A stretch of DNA of 64,000 nt from an uncultured delta proteobacterium (lineage in GTDB: Bacteria; Myxococcota_A; Polyangia; Fen-1088), in assembly GCA_963796685.1 (NCBI GenBank), contig CAWCMR010000015.1, positions 128,001 to 192,000 on the forward strand, given 5' to 3'. A program made the translations under genes and the position numbers. The notes beneath the pieces are model-generated. The model was not told the DNA's origin. It did no database searches and saw only the letters and a list, made by a program, of their open reading frames with translations. Below are positions 1 through 10,419 of the stretch, piece after piece. The first letter of the stretch is position 1. Each line of letters begins with the position of its first letter.

Positions 1-77
1 GGCGGCCGGCCGGCGCCCGCTGATTCGACGGGCGATTCCTGTCGGCGCCTGGCCCCACATGAGGGTAGATTTCGTCC

Positions 78-986
78 ATGGCCATGGTCCCGAAGAACAA
101 CCCGACGAAATCCCATCGTGAGCTAGCCGGCCGCATCCTGCGCATGGGCAAAAAGGCCGGCGAATCGGTGCTCGCCGGCGCGCTGCCTTCGCCAGACGAG
201 ATCGCCGCCATCGTGAACGACTTCCTGTCGGTCATCCTCCCAGGCACTCGGCGCACCAGGCTGGCCGCGGGCTTTTCCCATGACGACGCTCGCGAGCGGT
301 TGGCCGAAGTGCTGGTGGATCTGGAGTCCCGTCTGGAGGATGCCTTGTTTCTGACCGCGCACCGTCTACACCATGGCAAACCCCAAGCGAGGGATGTGTG
401 CAGGCGCAAGGCGCGAACCGTGACCGCGCGTACCCTGGCAGCCCTGCCCGAGCTGCGGGCGATCCTCGCCCAGGACGTCCAGATCGCCTTCGAGGCCGAT
501 CCCGCAGCCACCGGCACCGATGAGGTTGTCGCGTGCTACCCGGGGTTGTACGCCATCGCTGTCTTCCGCGCGGCCAATCGCCTCTTGCGCGAGGGGGGCG
601 AGCTTCTGCCGCGCATGATGACGGAGCATGCGCACAGCCGCACGGGCATCGACATTCACCCAGGGGCCACCGTCGGCTCGCCGTTCTTCATCGATCACGG
701 GACAGGCATCGTCATCGGCGAGACCACGCGCATCGGGAAGCCGGTGCGCATCTACCAGGGCGTGACCCTGGGCGCGCTCTCGATCAAACGCCAGAAGGCG
801 GTGTCCAAGGACGGCGGTAAGCCCGTCGTTCCCCAGCGCCACCCGACCATCGAGGACGACGTGGTCATCTACGCCAACGCGACCATCCTGGGCGGCGACA
901 CCGTGATTGGCAAAGGCGCCATGGTCGGGGCCAACGCCTGGATCACCTATTCGGTGCCCCCCGGACGTCGGGTCGGCGGCGGCTAG
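78..986 (+). CDS. cysE: Serine O-acetyltransferase (EpsC/CysE type)
   Basis: DPAA...YPG, GIDIHPGA, FFIDHGTGIVIGET and RHPTIED hexapeptide motifs. Confidence 0.92.
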   Translation: MAMVPKNNPTKSHRELAGRILRMGKKAGESVLAGALPSPDEIAAIVNDFLSVILPGTRRTRLAAGFSHDDARERLAEVLVDLESRLEDALFLTAHRLHHGKPQARDVCRRKARTVTARTLAALPELRAILAQDVQIAFEADPAATGTDEVVACYPGLYAIAVFRAANRLLREGGELLPRMMTEHAHSRTGIDIHPGATVGSPFFIDHGTGIVIGETTRIGKPVRIYQGVTLGALSIKRQKAVSKDGGKPVVPQRHPTIEDDVVIYANATILGGDTVIGKGAMVGANAWITYSVPPGRRVGGG

Positions 987-1009
987 CACCATCCGGGCAA
1001 GGTCCACCC

Positions 1010-2284
1010 ATGCCGATCTCGGGACGCCTGGTAGCGCTTCTGCGCGAAGTCGCGATCCAAATCAACGAGGCGCAAAAGCCCGTCCGCGTGATACCGGCCC
1101 TGACCTGGCCTGACGAAGTCGAGCGCGAGTTCTTCGCCCAGCATGCCTCCGTTCTTCCCAAACCCACCTACCATGTCCCTGCCGGCGTGGCCGAGGCGGC
1201 GACGGTCTTTCAGACCCTGGCGCGGCGGCTCGACGGCGACAACGAGATCGAGCGCTTTCTTCGCGAGACCTGCGTGGCCATGTCCACGGCTGCGCGCATG
1301 CTCCAGAGCATCGGCAGCCGCGACTTTTACCACCATTCCGTCGAGCTCTACGGCCGTCCCGCCGGCCTGTCTTCCGACAAGCGTACGACCAACCTGGATC
1401 TCGCAAGTCATTTCGAGCAGGTCATCGCAGGGTTCTCGCCGCCGCTGTCGGCGGTGGACCAGCCCACGCTGGGCGCGGAGGAGGCCGCCGAGATCCTGCG
1501 TGGGCGCTTCGTCGCGTTCTTCGCGAATCATCCGGTCAAGGTGCGGGTCGTCGAGCGCCTGGCGGCCTCGGCCTCGAGCACCGCCGCCGAGATCAGGCTC
1601 AAGTGCGATGCGCGCTTCTCGCCTCGCGATCTGCGCCAGATCGAGTTCCACGAGGGGCAGGTCCACATGTCGACCACGCTCAATGGTCGTGCCCAGGAGG
1701 TGATCCCATTCATCGGGGCGCCCTCGCCTCGTTCCTCGAGGACCCAGGAAGGGTTGGCGGTGTTCACCGAGTTCATCACCGGCTCTATTGGACTGTCGCG
1801 GGTTCGGCGTCTTTGCGATCGAACACGGGCCATCCACAAGGCCGAGGAGGGCGCGAGCTTCCTCGATATCTACCGCTATTTCCTCGAGCGTGGCCTCGAC
1901 GAGCACGGTGCGTTCGACTGCGCCCGCCGGGTGATGCGTGGCGGGCTCATGGAGGGCGGAGCGCCCTTCACCAAGGATGGCTGCTATCTCGACGGTCTTT
2001 TGCGCGTAACCAACTTCCTGCGCATGGCCCTGGTCAAGGGACAGAGTCAGCTGGTTCGGATGCTCTTCGTGGGCAAGCTGGCGGTCGAGGACACGCCCCT
2101 TTTCGATCGCCTGGCGCGCGAGGGGTTGGTGAGCGAGCCGCTCTATCTACCCACGTGGGCCAAGGATCTCTCCTACCTGACGGCATTCATGAGCTATGCG
2201 GCCTTTCTGGGGCGCAGCGACCTCGGGGCCGAGCAGCGGCGCATGGAAGACCAGATCGCGCGCGCCGAGGCCGATCTGGTTTGA
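1010..2284 (+). CDS. DUF1704 / QEGLA-motif metallopeptidase-like protein
   Basis: HEGQVH (HExxxH) and TQEGLA motifs, plus FTKD..YLDG, all typical of the family. Confidence 0.85.
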   Translation: MPISGRLVALLREVAIQINEAQKPVRVIPALTWPDEVEREFFAQHASVLPKPTYHVPAGVAEAATVFQTLARRLDGDNEIERFLRETCVAMSTAARMLQSIGSRDFYHHSVELYGRPAGLSSDKRTTNLDLASHFEQVIAGFSPPLSAVDQPTLGAEEAAEILRGRFVAFFANHPVKVRVVERLAASASSTAAEIRLKCDARFSPRDLRQIEFHEGQVHMSTTLNGRAQEVIPFIGAPSPRSSRTQEGLAVFTEFITGSIGLSRVRRLCDRTRAIHKAEEGASFLDIYRYFLERGLDEHGAFDCARRVMRGGLMEGGAPFTKDGCYLDGLLRVTNFLRMALVKGQSQLVRMLFVGKLAVEDTPLFDRLAREGLVSEPLYLPTWAKDLSYLTAFMSYAAFLGRSDLGAEQRRMEDQIARAEADLV

Positions 2285-2327
2285 GGGGTCACTTTCCTAC
2301 CTGACAGCGCGGAAGGTACCAGAAGGG

Positions 2328-2378
2328 GGCACCTTCCCACGACAGATGCACCCACCCAATCGGAGCGATGACGGGTGG
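2328..2378. repeat. 51-bp dispersed repeat, copy 1
   Basis: GGCACCTTCCCACGACAGATGCACCCACCCAATCGGAGCGATGACGGGTGG is 45/51 identical, ungapped, to 63587-63637. Confidence 0.85.
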
Positions 2379-2478
2379 TCGTGGACGTAGACGGCTTACC
2401 GTGGCCGTGGACGTGGCCGACGGCAATCACCCGACCACGGCCACGACCACGACCACGGCCACGACCACGACGTCGACC
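2379..2478. repeat. Hexamer-periodic inverted repeat (GTGGHC)n ... (GRCCAC)n
   Basis: Left arm gtggac/gtggcc units; right arm gaccac/ggccac units are complementary; lies between convergent genes. Confidence 0.75.
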
Positions 2479-2486
2479 CTCTGTCT

Positions 2487-3470
2487 CTATCGCGGGATGT
2501 GGTTTCCAACCGCGGTCCTGTGCGATCGGACCAGGTCGTGCTGGTTCGAGGCGTGGTAGCTCGAGCGGACCAGGGGACCGGACTCGACGTGGGCGAAACC
2601 CATGGCCAGGGCTTCCTCCTTGAGTTGGCGGAACTCGTCGGGCGTCACATGGCGCTCGACGGGCAGGTGCTGTCGCGAAGGCCGCAGGTACTGGCCCAGG
2701 GTCAGGATGGCCACGCCGGCCGCGCGCAGGTCGCCCAGGACCGCGCGCACCTCATCGAGCTCTTCGCCGAGGCCCAGCATGAGCCCGCTTTTGGTGAGGG
2801 CCCCCTGTGCGTGGGCGTGGGCCAGGACCGCAAGCGAGCGCTCGACGCTGGCCTGGACGCGCACCTGGCGCGCCAGGCGCGGCACGGTTTCGAGGTTGTG
2901 GGCGAAGACATCGGGACCCGCGGCCAGCACGACGTCGACGGCTTCCGTGTCGCCCTTGAAATCGCTGACCAGCACCTCCAACACCATGTTCGGGCAGCGC
3001 TCCTTGACCGCGCGGATGGTAGCGGCCCAGTGGGCCGCCCCGCCGTCGGCCAGGTCGTCGCGGGTCACGCAGGTGATGACGGTGTGGGACAGTCCCAGCT
3101 CGGAAAGGATGGCGGCCACGCGGGCCGGCTCGTCCGGGTCGGGCGGCAGCGGCTTGCCGGTGGGGACATCGCAGAACTTGCACGAGCGCGTGCACAGGTC
3201 GCCCAGGATCATGATGGTCAGGGACTTTTCGTTCCAGCACTCGCCCAGGTTGGGGCAGGAGGCGCTTTCGCACACGGTGTGAAGCCCGAGTGCGTGCACG
3301 CGCTGGCGCAAATCGAAATACACCTGGCCCGAGGGCAAGCGCGCGCGAATCCACGGGGGATGGTGCGGCCTCTCGACGCTTTCGCCTGCCGCGGGCTGCG
3401 TCTGTCCAAGGACGCGAAGCCTGCGCGACCGGGTATCTACCGTGGTTCTCACACGCAGAATCTGAGCCAT
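2487..3470 (-). CDS. lipA: Lipoyl synthase
   Basis: CESASCPNLGEC (CX4CX5C), CTRSCKFC radical-SAM motif, C-terminal RSSY; start codon uncertain. Confidence 0.95.
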   Translation of the reverse strand: MAQILRVRTTVDTRSRRLRVLGQTQPAAGESVERPHHPPWIRARLPSGQVYFDLRQRVHALGLHTVCESASCPNLGECWNEKSLTIMILGDLCTRSCKFCDVPTGKPLPPDPDEPARVAAILSELGLSHTVITCVTRDDLADGGAAHWAATIRAVKERCPNMVLEVLVSDFKGDTEAVDVVLAAGPDVFAHNLETVPRLARQVRVQASVERSLAVLAHAHAQGALTKSGLMLGLGEELDEVRAVLGDLRAAGVAILTLGQYLRPSRQHLPVERHVTPDEFRQLKEEALAMGFAHVESGPLVRSSYHASNQHDLVRSHRTAVGNHIPR

Positions 3471-3580
3471 CCCGGGCACGATGTCGATACCCGAATGGGC
3501 GCAACGGCCGGGGGCTTTGCCCGACGGCACGGGAAAGGGCGCGTCGACTATTGGCCAAGGCTGCTATGATTCCGCCGCCG

Positions 3581-4261
3581 ATGCAGAGGACAATCATCGT
3601 TGGCGATGTGCACGGGTGTGCCGAGGAGCTTCGCCTCCTTCTGCGCAAGTGCGGCCACGCCAAGGACGACCGGGTGGTTCTGGCCGGCGATCTGGTTGCC
3701 AAGGGACCAGACTCCCAGGGCGTGGTGCAGTTCGCGCGGGAAAATGGCGTGCTCGCGGTGCTGGGAAACCACGATGCGTTCGCGCTCGCACACAGGCACG
3801 AGGTGGAGCAGGACCGTTCCCACGATCGTCGCAGTTACGTCCGCAGCCTGGGTGCGGACGATTGGGCCTATTTGGAGTCTTTGCCACCCTATCTCAGGCT
3901 TGGCGACGTCAGGCCGGGCGGGCCGCAGGTTCTGGTCGTGCACGCGGGGCTCGTGCCGGGGATCCCGGTCGAGGACCAGCGGCGGGAACATCTGCGGACC
4001 TTGCGCAGCATCACCGAAACGGGCGAGCCGACCAGCCGCCTGCTGGTTCGCTTTCCCTGGGCCGCAAAGTGGTCCGGTCCCGAGTGGGTGATCTTCGGTC
4101 ACGATGCCGTGCGCGGGCTGCAGCAGCAGCCGTTCGCCACCGGTCTGGACACGGGCTGCGTCTACGGCAGAGAGCTGACCGCCATCGTTCTGCCCGAGGG
4201 CAGGATCGTGCAGGTTCCGGCGCGCAAACGCTACGCCGGCAGGGCCCCAAGCCCATGCTAG
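3581..4261 (+). CDS. Metallophosphoesterase (ApaH/PPP-like)
   Basis: GDVHGC, GDLVAKGPDS, GNHD, VHAG, FGH and LDTGCVYG motifs. Confidence 0.9.
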   Translation: MQRTIIVGDVHGCAEELRLLLRKCGHAKDDRVVLAGDLVAKGPDSQGVVQFARENGVLAVLGNHDAFALAHRHEVEQDRSHDRRSYVRSLGADDWAYLESLPPYLRLGDVRPGGPQVLVVHAGLVPGIPVEDQRREHLRTLRSITETGEPTSRLLVRFPWAAKWSGPEWVIFGHDAVRGLQQQPFATGLDTGCVYGRELTAIVLPEGRIVQVPARKRYAGRAPSPC

Positions 4262-4273
4262 ACTGGCACTGCT

Positions 4274-4642
4274 TTGCTAGTCGATCTCAAGAAGATTTTC
4301 TCCTTCGAAGCCGCCCACCACTTGCCGCGCGTGCCGGCGGGACACAAGTGTTCGCGTATGCACGGCCATAGCTACCGGGTCGAGATCGCATTGCGCGGTC
4401 CGGTTGACCCGGCGACGGGCTGGGTCGTCGATTTCGCGGTGATCGACGAGGCTTGGGCCGGGCTCTTCAAGCAGTTCGACCACCACACGCTGAACGACAT
4501 CCACGGGCTCGACAATCCTACCTGCGAGAATCTGTGCGCCTTCATTTGGGAGGCGATGTCCAGGCGGGTTCCCTACCTGTCGACGGTGACAGTGTGGGAA
4601 ACCGCCGATTCGTGTTGCACCTACCACGGCGATGCCGGCTAG
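4274..4642 (+). CDS. queD: 6-carboxy-5,6,7,8-tetrahydropterin synthase
   Basis: FEAAH, C..MHGHSY, DH..LN, NPT.EN and ET motifs; TTG start. Confidence 0.92.
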   Translation: MLVDLKKIFSFEAAHHLPRVPAGHKCSRMHGHSYRVEIALRGPVDPATGWVVDFAVIDEAWAGLFKQFDHHTLNDIHGLDNPTCENLCAFIWEAMSRRVPYLSTVTVWETADSCCTYHGDAG

Positions 4643-4654
4643 GAACGGTCGAGC

Positions 4655-5464
4655 GTGAAAACCCTGCGCTGCCTCACCTTGAATCTGTGGGGGGCCGAAC
4701 CGCCTCTGGACGAACGCATGGCGGTGGTGGCCCAGGGGCTGCGCGATCTGGCCCCGGACGTGGTGACCTTGCAGGAAGTCCGCGAAGTGCCGGGGCAGTT
4801 GCCCAATCAAGCGGAGACCCTGGCCAAGGCCGTCGGCTTCGGCCACGTCTTCGCTCCCGCCACGCCCTTTGGCGGCGGACACGAAGGTCTGGCCATTCTC
4901 TCGCGCCTGCCGATTGCCGAACACGCGGCGCTGGAGTTGCCCCACGCCGAGCCCCAGGAGCGGCGGATTCTTCTTTCCTCTCGCGTGCAAAACGGGCAGG
5001 GCAGCGTGTGGGTTCACACCACCCACCTCAATTATCGACTGACGCACGGCAAGCAGCGCGAGGATCAGGTCTCCGCCATCGTGGCCAGCGTGGCCGCTCG
5101 GGCCAGCGACTCTCCGCAGATCCTGATGGGGGACTTCAATGCGCGGCCCGAGGCCGACGAGATCCGCTTTCTGCGTGGCCTGGTTACCCTGGGCGGGCGG
5201 CGCACCTACTTTCAGGACGCCTGGGAGCGCTCGCATCCCGGCGATCCCGGCTGGACCTGGCCGCGCTCGAATCCCTACACGGCCAAGCTGGCGTTTCTCG
5301 AGCCCGACCGCCGCCTCGACTACATCTTCGTGACCCCCATGCGCGGCGACGGGCGCGGGATCGTTCACGCCTGCACCCTGGTGTTCGACAAGCCCGGCGC
5401 CGATTCGGTCTACGCCTCGGACCATTTCGGTCTGCTGGCCGAGATCCAAGTGGAGCCCACCTGA
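4655..5464 (+). CDS. Endonuclease/exonuclease/phosphatase family protein
   Basis: TLN, LQEV, THL, GDFN, RLDYIF and SDH motifs. Confidence 0.9.
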   Translation: MKTLRCLTLNLWGAEPPLDERMAVVAQGLRDLAPDVVTLQEVREVPGQLPNQAETLAKAVGFGHVFAPATPFGGGHEGLAILSRLPIAEHAALELPHAEPQERRILLSSRVQNGQGSVWVHTTHLNYRLTHGKQREDQVSAIVASVAARASDSPQILMGDFNARPEADEIRFLRGLVTLGGRRTYFQDAWERSHPGDPGWTWPRSNPYTAKLAFLEPDRRLDYIFVTPMRGDGRGIVHACTLVFDKPGADSVYASDHFGLLAEIQVEPT

Positions 5465-6348
5465 TGTTCCGTCTCGCCCAAGTCAGCGACCCGCATTTTC
5501 AAAGTCTCCGCAACGTCAAGCTGCGCGATCTGTTGGGCAAGCGCGCCCTCGGCGGGCTGAACCTGCTGCTCATGCGGCGGCGCAAGCACAACATGGCGCT
5601 TCTGCAGGCCCTGCTGGAGGATCTGCCGTCGCGGGCCGTGGATCACCTCGCCATCACCGGGGACCTGTGCAACATCGCGCTCGAATCCGAATGGGCCGCG
5701 GCCTTGCGCTGGATCGAGGCCACGCGGCTTCCTCCGGATCGGGTGACCGTGATTCCAGGCAACCACGACGCCTACGTCGCCAAGGTGGTGACGGACGGCG
5801 TGTTCGAGCGCCTGTTCGCCCCGTATCAAACGGCCGAGCTGCGCGTGAACGACCTCGTCTATCCTTTCGTGCGCTTTCGCGGCGACCTAGCCCTCGTGTG
5901 TGTCAGCAGCGGTGTGCCCACCGGGGACGCAGGGGCGTGGGGCAGGGTGGGCGAAGGCCAGCTCGGTCGCCTCGAGTCGCTTCTGACGGCGCCCGAGGTG
6001 AAGCGTCGGCGTCGGGTCGTTCTCATCCATCATCCGCCCCTGGTGAACCGCCACGGCGAAGAGCGCAACCTGCGCGATCGCGCGGCCTTGCAAGCCGTTC
6101 TCGCCCGCACCGGCGCCGATTTGGTGTTGCACGGGCACGACCACCGCGATTACTTCAACGACCTGGCGGGACCCGGCCGGGCGCGTATCCCGGTGGTCGG
6201 CGCGGGCTCGGCGTCCTACGATGGCCCGCCCGACAGGCGTTCGCGCTACCACATCTTCGAGATCGCCGATGCCGCGATCACCGTCATCACCTACGCCCAC
6301 GACAGCGCCAGCAACGGGTTTCGCGAGTTCGCGCGCAAGACGCTGTGA
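5464..6348 (+). CDS. Metallophosphoesterase (Icc/CpdA-like)
   Basis: SDPH, TGDL, PGNHD, HHPP and HGHDH motifs; ATG overlaps the upstream stop (TGATG). Confidence 0.88.
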   Translation: MFRLAQVSDPHFQSLRNVKLRDLLGKRALGGLNLLLMRRRKHNMALLQALLEDLPSRAVDHLAITGDLCNIALESEWAAALRWIEATRLPPDRVTVIPGNHDAYVAKVVTDGVFERLFAPYQTAELRVNDLVYPFVRFRGDLALVCVSSGVPTGDAGAWGRVGEGQLGRLESLLTAPEVKRRRRVVLIHHPPLVNRHGEERNLRDRAALQAVLARTGADLVLHGHDHRDYFNDLAGPGRARIPVVGAGSASYDGPPDRRSRYHIFEIADAAITVITYAHDSASNGFREFARKTL

Positions 6349-6408
6349 GCTCGGCGCCCGGCGACCCGTTGGATTCCGTGCTTCCAACGCGCCTCCCTGG
6401 CATCCAAG

Positions 6409-6424
6409 GGGCGCGAATATTGCG
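6409..6424 (+). promoter_or_regulatory. Possible sigma54 -24/-12 promoter
   Basis: GGGCGCGAATATTGCG has GG-N10-GC spacing and resembles TGGCACG-N4-TTGCW; just upstream of the DinB gene RBS (AAGGAG). Confidence 0.35.
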
Positions 6425-6445
6425 CAATCCAACAAGGAGATCTTG

Positions 6446-7057
6446 ATGAAGAATGTCATTCGTACCCTAGGGATAGTTGGCCTGGTGAGCGGGCTGGTCG
6501 GTGCTGCTGCACATGCGGCTGGGCCGCCTCCCGCTCCTGCCAAGGGCGAGCTCCAGCGTGACCTGCTCGGCGTGTACAGCGACGCAGAGAAAAAGGTGCT
6601 CGATCTGGAAGGCGCCGTGCCGCAGAACAAGTTCAACTGGCGGCCAGGACCTGGCGTGCGTTCCATCGCCGAGGCGTACCTGCACATCGCTTTCGCCAAC
6701 TACGCCATGGTCAAGTTCGCGACCGGCAAGGAGCCGCCGGCCGAGGCGGGCTGGGAGATGAATCCGGCCAAGTGGGACAAGAAGACGACGGACAAGGCCG
6801 AGATCAAGAAGATCCTCGAGGCCTCGTTCGCCCACGTACACGCGGCGGTTGCCGCTATCCCCGATGCCGATCTCGACAAAAGGGTGAGCTTCTTCGGGCA
6901 CGAGATGACGACGCGCGCGGTGCTGATCATCCTCGACGGCCACCTCAACGAGCACCTGGGACAGGAAGTGGCCTACGCTCGGGCCAACAAGATCGTGCCG
7001 CCCTGGAGCAGGGACGAGAAGGCCCACGAGAAGGCCAGCATGGCCGAAAAGAAGTAG
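6446..7057 (+). CDS. DinB-family protein with signal peptide
   Basis: N-terminal signal peptide, WRPGPGVRSIAE..LHIA, H..EH.GQ...Y.R. Confidence 0.85.
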   Translation: MKNVIRTLGIVGLVSGLVGAAAHAAGPPPAPAKGELQRDLLGVYSDAEKKVLDLEGAVPQNKFNWRPGPGVRSIAEAYLHIAFANYAMVKFATGKEPPAEAGWEMNPAKWDKKTTDKAEIKKILEASFAHVHAAVAAIPDADLDKRVSFFGHEMTTRAVLIILDGHLNEHLGQEVAYARANKIVPPWSRDEKAHEKASMAEKK

Positions 7058-7173
7058 GGGCGGGTTTCAAACCCGCCCGCCGGTTGCTCTCGTCGTAAAT
7101 GCCCAACCAGGTTAGCGGGATCTTCATCTTCGCGTCCCTTGGCCTATGGGGCGGGTTTGAAACCCGCCCCTAC
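7054..7173. repeat. REP doublet (REPIN-like), GTAG class
   Basis: GTAGGGGCGGGTTTCAAACCCGCCC at 7054-7078 and its exact reverse complement at 7149-7173. Confidence 0.9.
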
Positions 7174-7197
7174 CAAGTGCGCCGTAATCACGTCGTA

Positions 7198-7219
7198 TTC
7201 AACCCGTTCGGTGCTCTAG
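7198..7219. repeat. Solo copy of CTAG-ended terminal-repeat motif
   Basis: Reverse complement CTAGAGCACCGAACGGGTTGAA matches the ends at 18403-18424 and 18629-18650. Confidence 0.7.
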
Positions 7220-7788
7220 AAACGACCCCCGACTGCGGGAACGAAGGTCACGCTGCCGTCGGCTTGCCGAACCGGGGCCACCGAGGCCGAGTATTTGCGG
7301 TAGCCCTCGACGAAGCCCACGCCCATGCCCAGGCATGCCCCCGACAGCACGCCGATGGATCCGCCGAGGAGGATGTGCTCGCCCTTCTTGGACGACAGCG
7401 CAGCCAGCCCGCCTGCGATGCCACCCAGGACCGCGCCCAGGCCCGCCCCGTAGAGGCCGTCGCGCATGACGTAGCCGTTGCGGCCAGGCTTGTTCTGGGT
7501 CATATCCACGATGCCCAGGGTCAGGCCCAGCGCGCTGCCGGCCAGGGCGCCGATGCCGGCCCCGTAGACAAGCGGCTTCCAATCGCTCGAGCTATGCCAG
7601 CCACCGCGTCGGGCGAACAGATATCCGGTGGAAAGACCCGCCACGCCACCCACGAGCAGTCCCTGGTAGGCGCCATCGAAAACCGTCGGCGGTTGCAGGT
7701 CCGCCGCGCGCGCGGATGGAACCAGGCAAACGAGCGCCAGGGCCAGGCAAAGAAAGCGGCACAGGGCACGAACGATGGATCGAATCAT
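7216..7788 (-). CDS. Hypothetical Gly-zipper membrane/secreted protein
   Basis: Signal peptide, several GxxxG-rich hydrophobic helices, C-terminal GGRF; overlaps the tkt stop. Confidence 0.7.
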   Translation of the reverse strand: MIRSIVRALCRFLCLALALVCLVPSARAADLQPPTVFDGAYQGLLVGGVAGLSTGYLFARRGGWHSSSDWKPLVYGAGIGALAGSALGLTLGIVDMTQNKPGRNGYVMRDGLYGAGLGAVLGGIAGGLAALSSKKGEHILLGGSIGVLSGACLGMGVGFVEGYRKYSASVAPVRQADGSVTFVPAVGGRF

Positions 7789-9785
7789 GGCTTGACCAGG
7801 TTGGTGGCGGTGCGAACGAGGTTGTCGGCCGTGAATCCGAATTGCTTGATCAGCACCGAGCCCGGCCCCGAGGCCCCGAAGCGATCGAGACCAATGGTGG
7901 CTCCGCGGTCACCCACCCAGCGGTGCCAACCGAGGGTGGTGCCGGCCTCGATGGAGACGCGAGCCGAGACGTCGCGGGGAATGACCGAGTCGCGGTACTC
8001 GGGGGACTGCTCCAGGAACAATTCCCAACATGGCATCGAAACCACGCGCGCTCGGATGCCACCCGCGGCGAGCTTTTCCTGCGCCGCGACGGCAAGCGCG
8101 ACCTCGCTGCCTGTGGCGATGAGGATTACCTGGGGCGGCCCGCCCGCCGCTTCGCTGAGCACGTAGGCGCCCTTGGCCACGCCCGCGGCTGGCGCCATCT
8201 TCTCGCGATCGAAGGTGGGCATCTTCTGGCGTGTGAGAATCATCGCCACCGGGCCATCGTTGCGTTTCATGGCCAAGCGATAGGCTTGGGCGACTTCGTT
8301 GGCATCGCCCGGGCGCATGACCCACATGTTCGGGATCGCACGTAGGGCCGCCAGCTGCTCCACCGGCTGATGGGTCGGGCCATCTTCACCGACACCGATG
8401 GAATCGTGGGTGAACACGAAAATCACGGGCAACTTGCTGATGGCTGCCATGCGAAGAGCCGGGCGTTCGTAGTCGGAAAAGACGAAGAACGTGGCGGTGA
8501 ACGAACGCACGCCACCGTGGTAGGCCATGCCGTTGGCGATGGCGCCCATGGCGTGCTCGCGCACCCCGTAGTGGATGTTGCGCCCCAGGCCGGTTTCGCC
8601 CGAGAAGTCGCCCAGACCGGGCAGGCCGGTCATGGTCGAGCACGACAGGTCGGCGTCACCACCCAGGAACCAGGGCACTTTGCTGGCAATGGCGGCCAGG
8701 ATCTTGCCGCCGGAAACGCGGGTGGCGGGTTCGTCCTTGACGGTGAAGGTGGGAATCGCCGCGTCCCAATCCGCCGGCAACTCGCCCTTTTGCGCCAGCC
8801 TCCATTCGGTGGCCAGCGCGGGATTGGTGGCGGCCCAGGCGTCGAAGGTCTTCTGCCATGCCGCTTCGGCGGCGGCACCGCGCTCGACCGCGGTGAGAAG
8901 GTGGCTCTTGGCTTCCTCCGGGATGAAGAACTGCTTCTCGGGGTCCCAACCCAGGGCCGTCTTGGTGAGCTTGACCTCGTCCGGGCCGAGCGGCGATCCA
9001 TGGGCCTCGGAGGTGCCCGCCTTGTGCGGCGATCCGCAGCCGATGGTGGTGTGGACCATGATGAGCGATGGACGCGGGTCGGCCTCGGCGGCGGCGATGG
9101 CCTTGTCGATGCCGTCGGTGTCGGTGTCGCCCTTGTCCACCTTCTGCACGTGCCAGCCATAAGCCTCGAAGCGCTTGGCCACATCCTCGCTGAAGTGCAG
9201 GGAGGTCGGACCGTCGAGGGAGACCTTGTTGTCGTCGTAAAGCCAGGTCAACTTGCCGAGCTTGAGGTGCCCGGCCAGCGCGGCGGCCTCGTGCGTGATG
9301 CCTTCCATCATGTCGCCGTCGCCGAGGAGGGCATAGGTTCTGTGGTCGACGATGGTTTGGCCGGGCTTGTTGTAGCGTCCCGCCAGGAATCGCTCCGCCA
9401 TGGCCATGCCGACGGCATTCGTCGCGCCTTGCCCGAGTGGGCCCGTGGTGGCCTCGACACCCGGCGTGCAGAACGACTCGGGGTGGCCCGGGGCGCGCGA
9501 TCCCCACTGCCGGAAGGCCTTGAGCTCGTCGAGGGCCAGGTCGTAGCCGGTGAGGTGCAACATCGAATAGAGCAACATGGAGCCGTGTCCGGCCGACAAC
9601 ACGAAGCGATCGCGATCCGGCCATTTGGGATTCCTGGGGTTGTGGCGCAGGTGCCTCTGCCACAGCACGTAGGTCATGGGGGCCGCACCCATGGGAAGGC
9701 CGGGATGGCCGGAGTTCGCCTTTTGGACGGCGTCGACGGAAAGAAGACGAATGGTGTTGATGGCAAGTTGGGTCAATGAGTCCAT
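7785..9785 (-). CDS. tkt: Transketolase
   Basis: [32 protein letters not shown] and [16 protein letters not shown]. Confidence 0.97.
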   Translation of the reverse strand: MDSLTQLAINTIRLLSVDAVQKANSGHPGLPMGAAPMTYVLWQRHLRHNPRNPKWPDRDRFVLSAGHGSMLLYSMLHLTGYDLALDELKAFRQWGSRAPGHPESFCTPGVEATTGPLGQGATNAVGMAMAERFLAGRYNKPGQTIVDHRTYALLGDGDMMEGITHEAAALAGHLKLGKLTWLYDDNKVSLDGPTSLHFSEDVAKRFEAYGWHVQKVDKGDTDTDGIDKAIAAAEADPRPSLIMVHTTIGCGSPHKAGTSEAHGSPLGPDEVKLTKTALGWDPEKQFFIPEEAKSHLLTAVERGAAAEAAWQKTFDAWAATNPALATEWRLAQKGELPADWDAAIPTFTVKDEPATRVSGGKILAAIASKVPWFLGGDADLSCSTMTGLPGLGDFSGETGLGRNIHYGVREHAMGAIANGMAYHGGVRSFTATFFVFSDYERPALRMAAISKLPVIFVFTHDSIGVGEDGPTHQPVEQLAALRAIPNMWVMRPGDANEVAQAYRLAMKRNDGPVAMILTRQKMPTFDREKMAPAAGVAKGAYVLSEAAGGPPQVILIATGSEVALAVAAQEKLAAGGIRARVVSMPCWELFLEQSPEYRDSVIPRDVSARVSIEAGTTLGWHRWVGDRGATIGLDRFGASGPGSVLIKQFGFTADNLVRTATNLVKP

Positions 9786-9849
9786 GCTCGCTGCTCCTGG
9801 AAAAGACTTCTCTAGCGAGCAGTTTGCTAGCACGTGGACGCGAGAATTC

Positions 9850-10419
9850 CTAGCCGGCATTGGGGCTGGCCAGCCGGAGGCGTGGCCAGGCGTGGTTCTC
9901 GGCCTGGACGCGCGCCATGCGCCGCGCATCGATCCGACCGGCGCGTGGGGAGGAACGCAGCGATTGGAAGAGGGTTTGCGAGAGCTCGTCCGTGGCCGCG
10001 CGCAGCCGGCGAATGGCCGCCAGGGCGAGAGCGTGGACGAGGTTCGAGTCAGGCCTCCGTTCGGGCTGCTCGCGCTGCCCGGGATCCATGAGAGCGATCA
10101 GGTTGGTGCGCGTGATTTCGACGACGGTGGCGTCGCACAGGGTACGCAAGGAAACCGAGCAGGGCTCGCCATCGAGAGCCGGCATGAGGGCCAGAACGCT
10201 GCCCGGTCCTGTTCTGGAAAGCGCGAGAGACTTGCCGGCAATGGACTTGGCGATCTCCACCTCGCCCGACGTGACGACGAAGAAGCGGTCGGTGAGCTGA
10301 CCTTCCCGACAGAGCAGGGCGTGAGCCGGCATAGCGCGTGCGTTGCCCGCTTGCAAGAGAAGGTCGGCCTCCAGGGCCTGCAAGATAGCCAGCTCGGCTC
10401 CGGATTCGGGCTCGCTCAA
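9850..10419 (-). CDS. Cyclic-nucleotide-binding domain protein (degenerate phosphate-binding cassette)
   Basis: LCREG...[11 protein letters not shown]...GPGSVL; TTG start overlaps the upstream TGA (TTGA). Confidence 0.7.
   Translation of the reverse strand: MSEPESGAELAILQALEADLLLQAGNARAMPAHALLCREGQLTDRFFVVTSGEVEIAKSIAGKSLALSRTGPGSVLALMPALDGEPCSVSLRTLCDATVVEITRTNLIALMDPGQREQPERRPDSNLVHALALAAIRRLRAATDELSQTLFQSLRSSPRAGRIDARRMARVQAENHAWPRLRLASPNAG

Noticed and set aside
2328-2378. 51-bp repeat as an integron attC site
   Set aside because: Lacks RYYYAAC/GTTRRRY boxes, and there is no integrase in the window.
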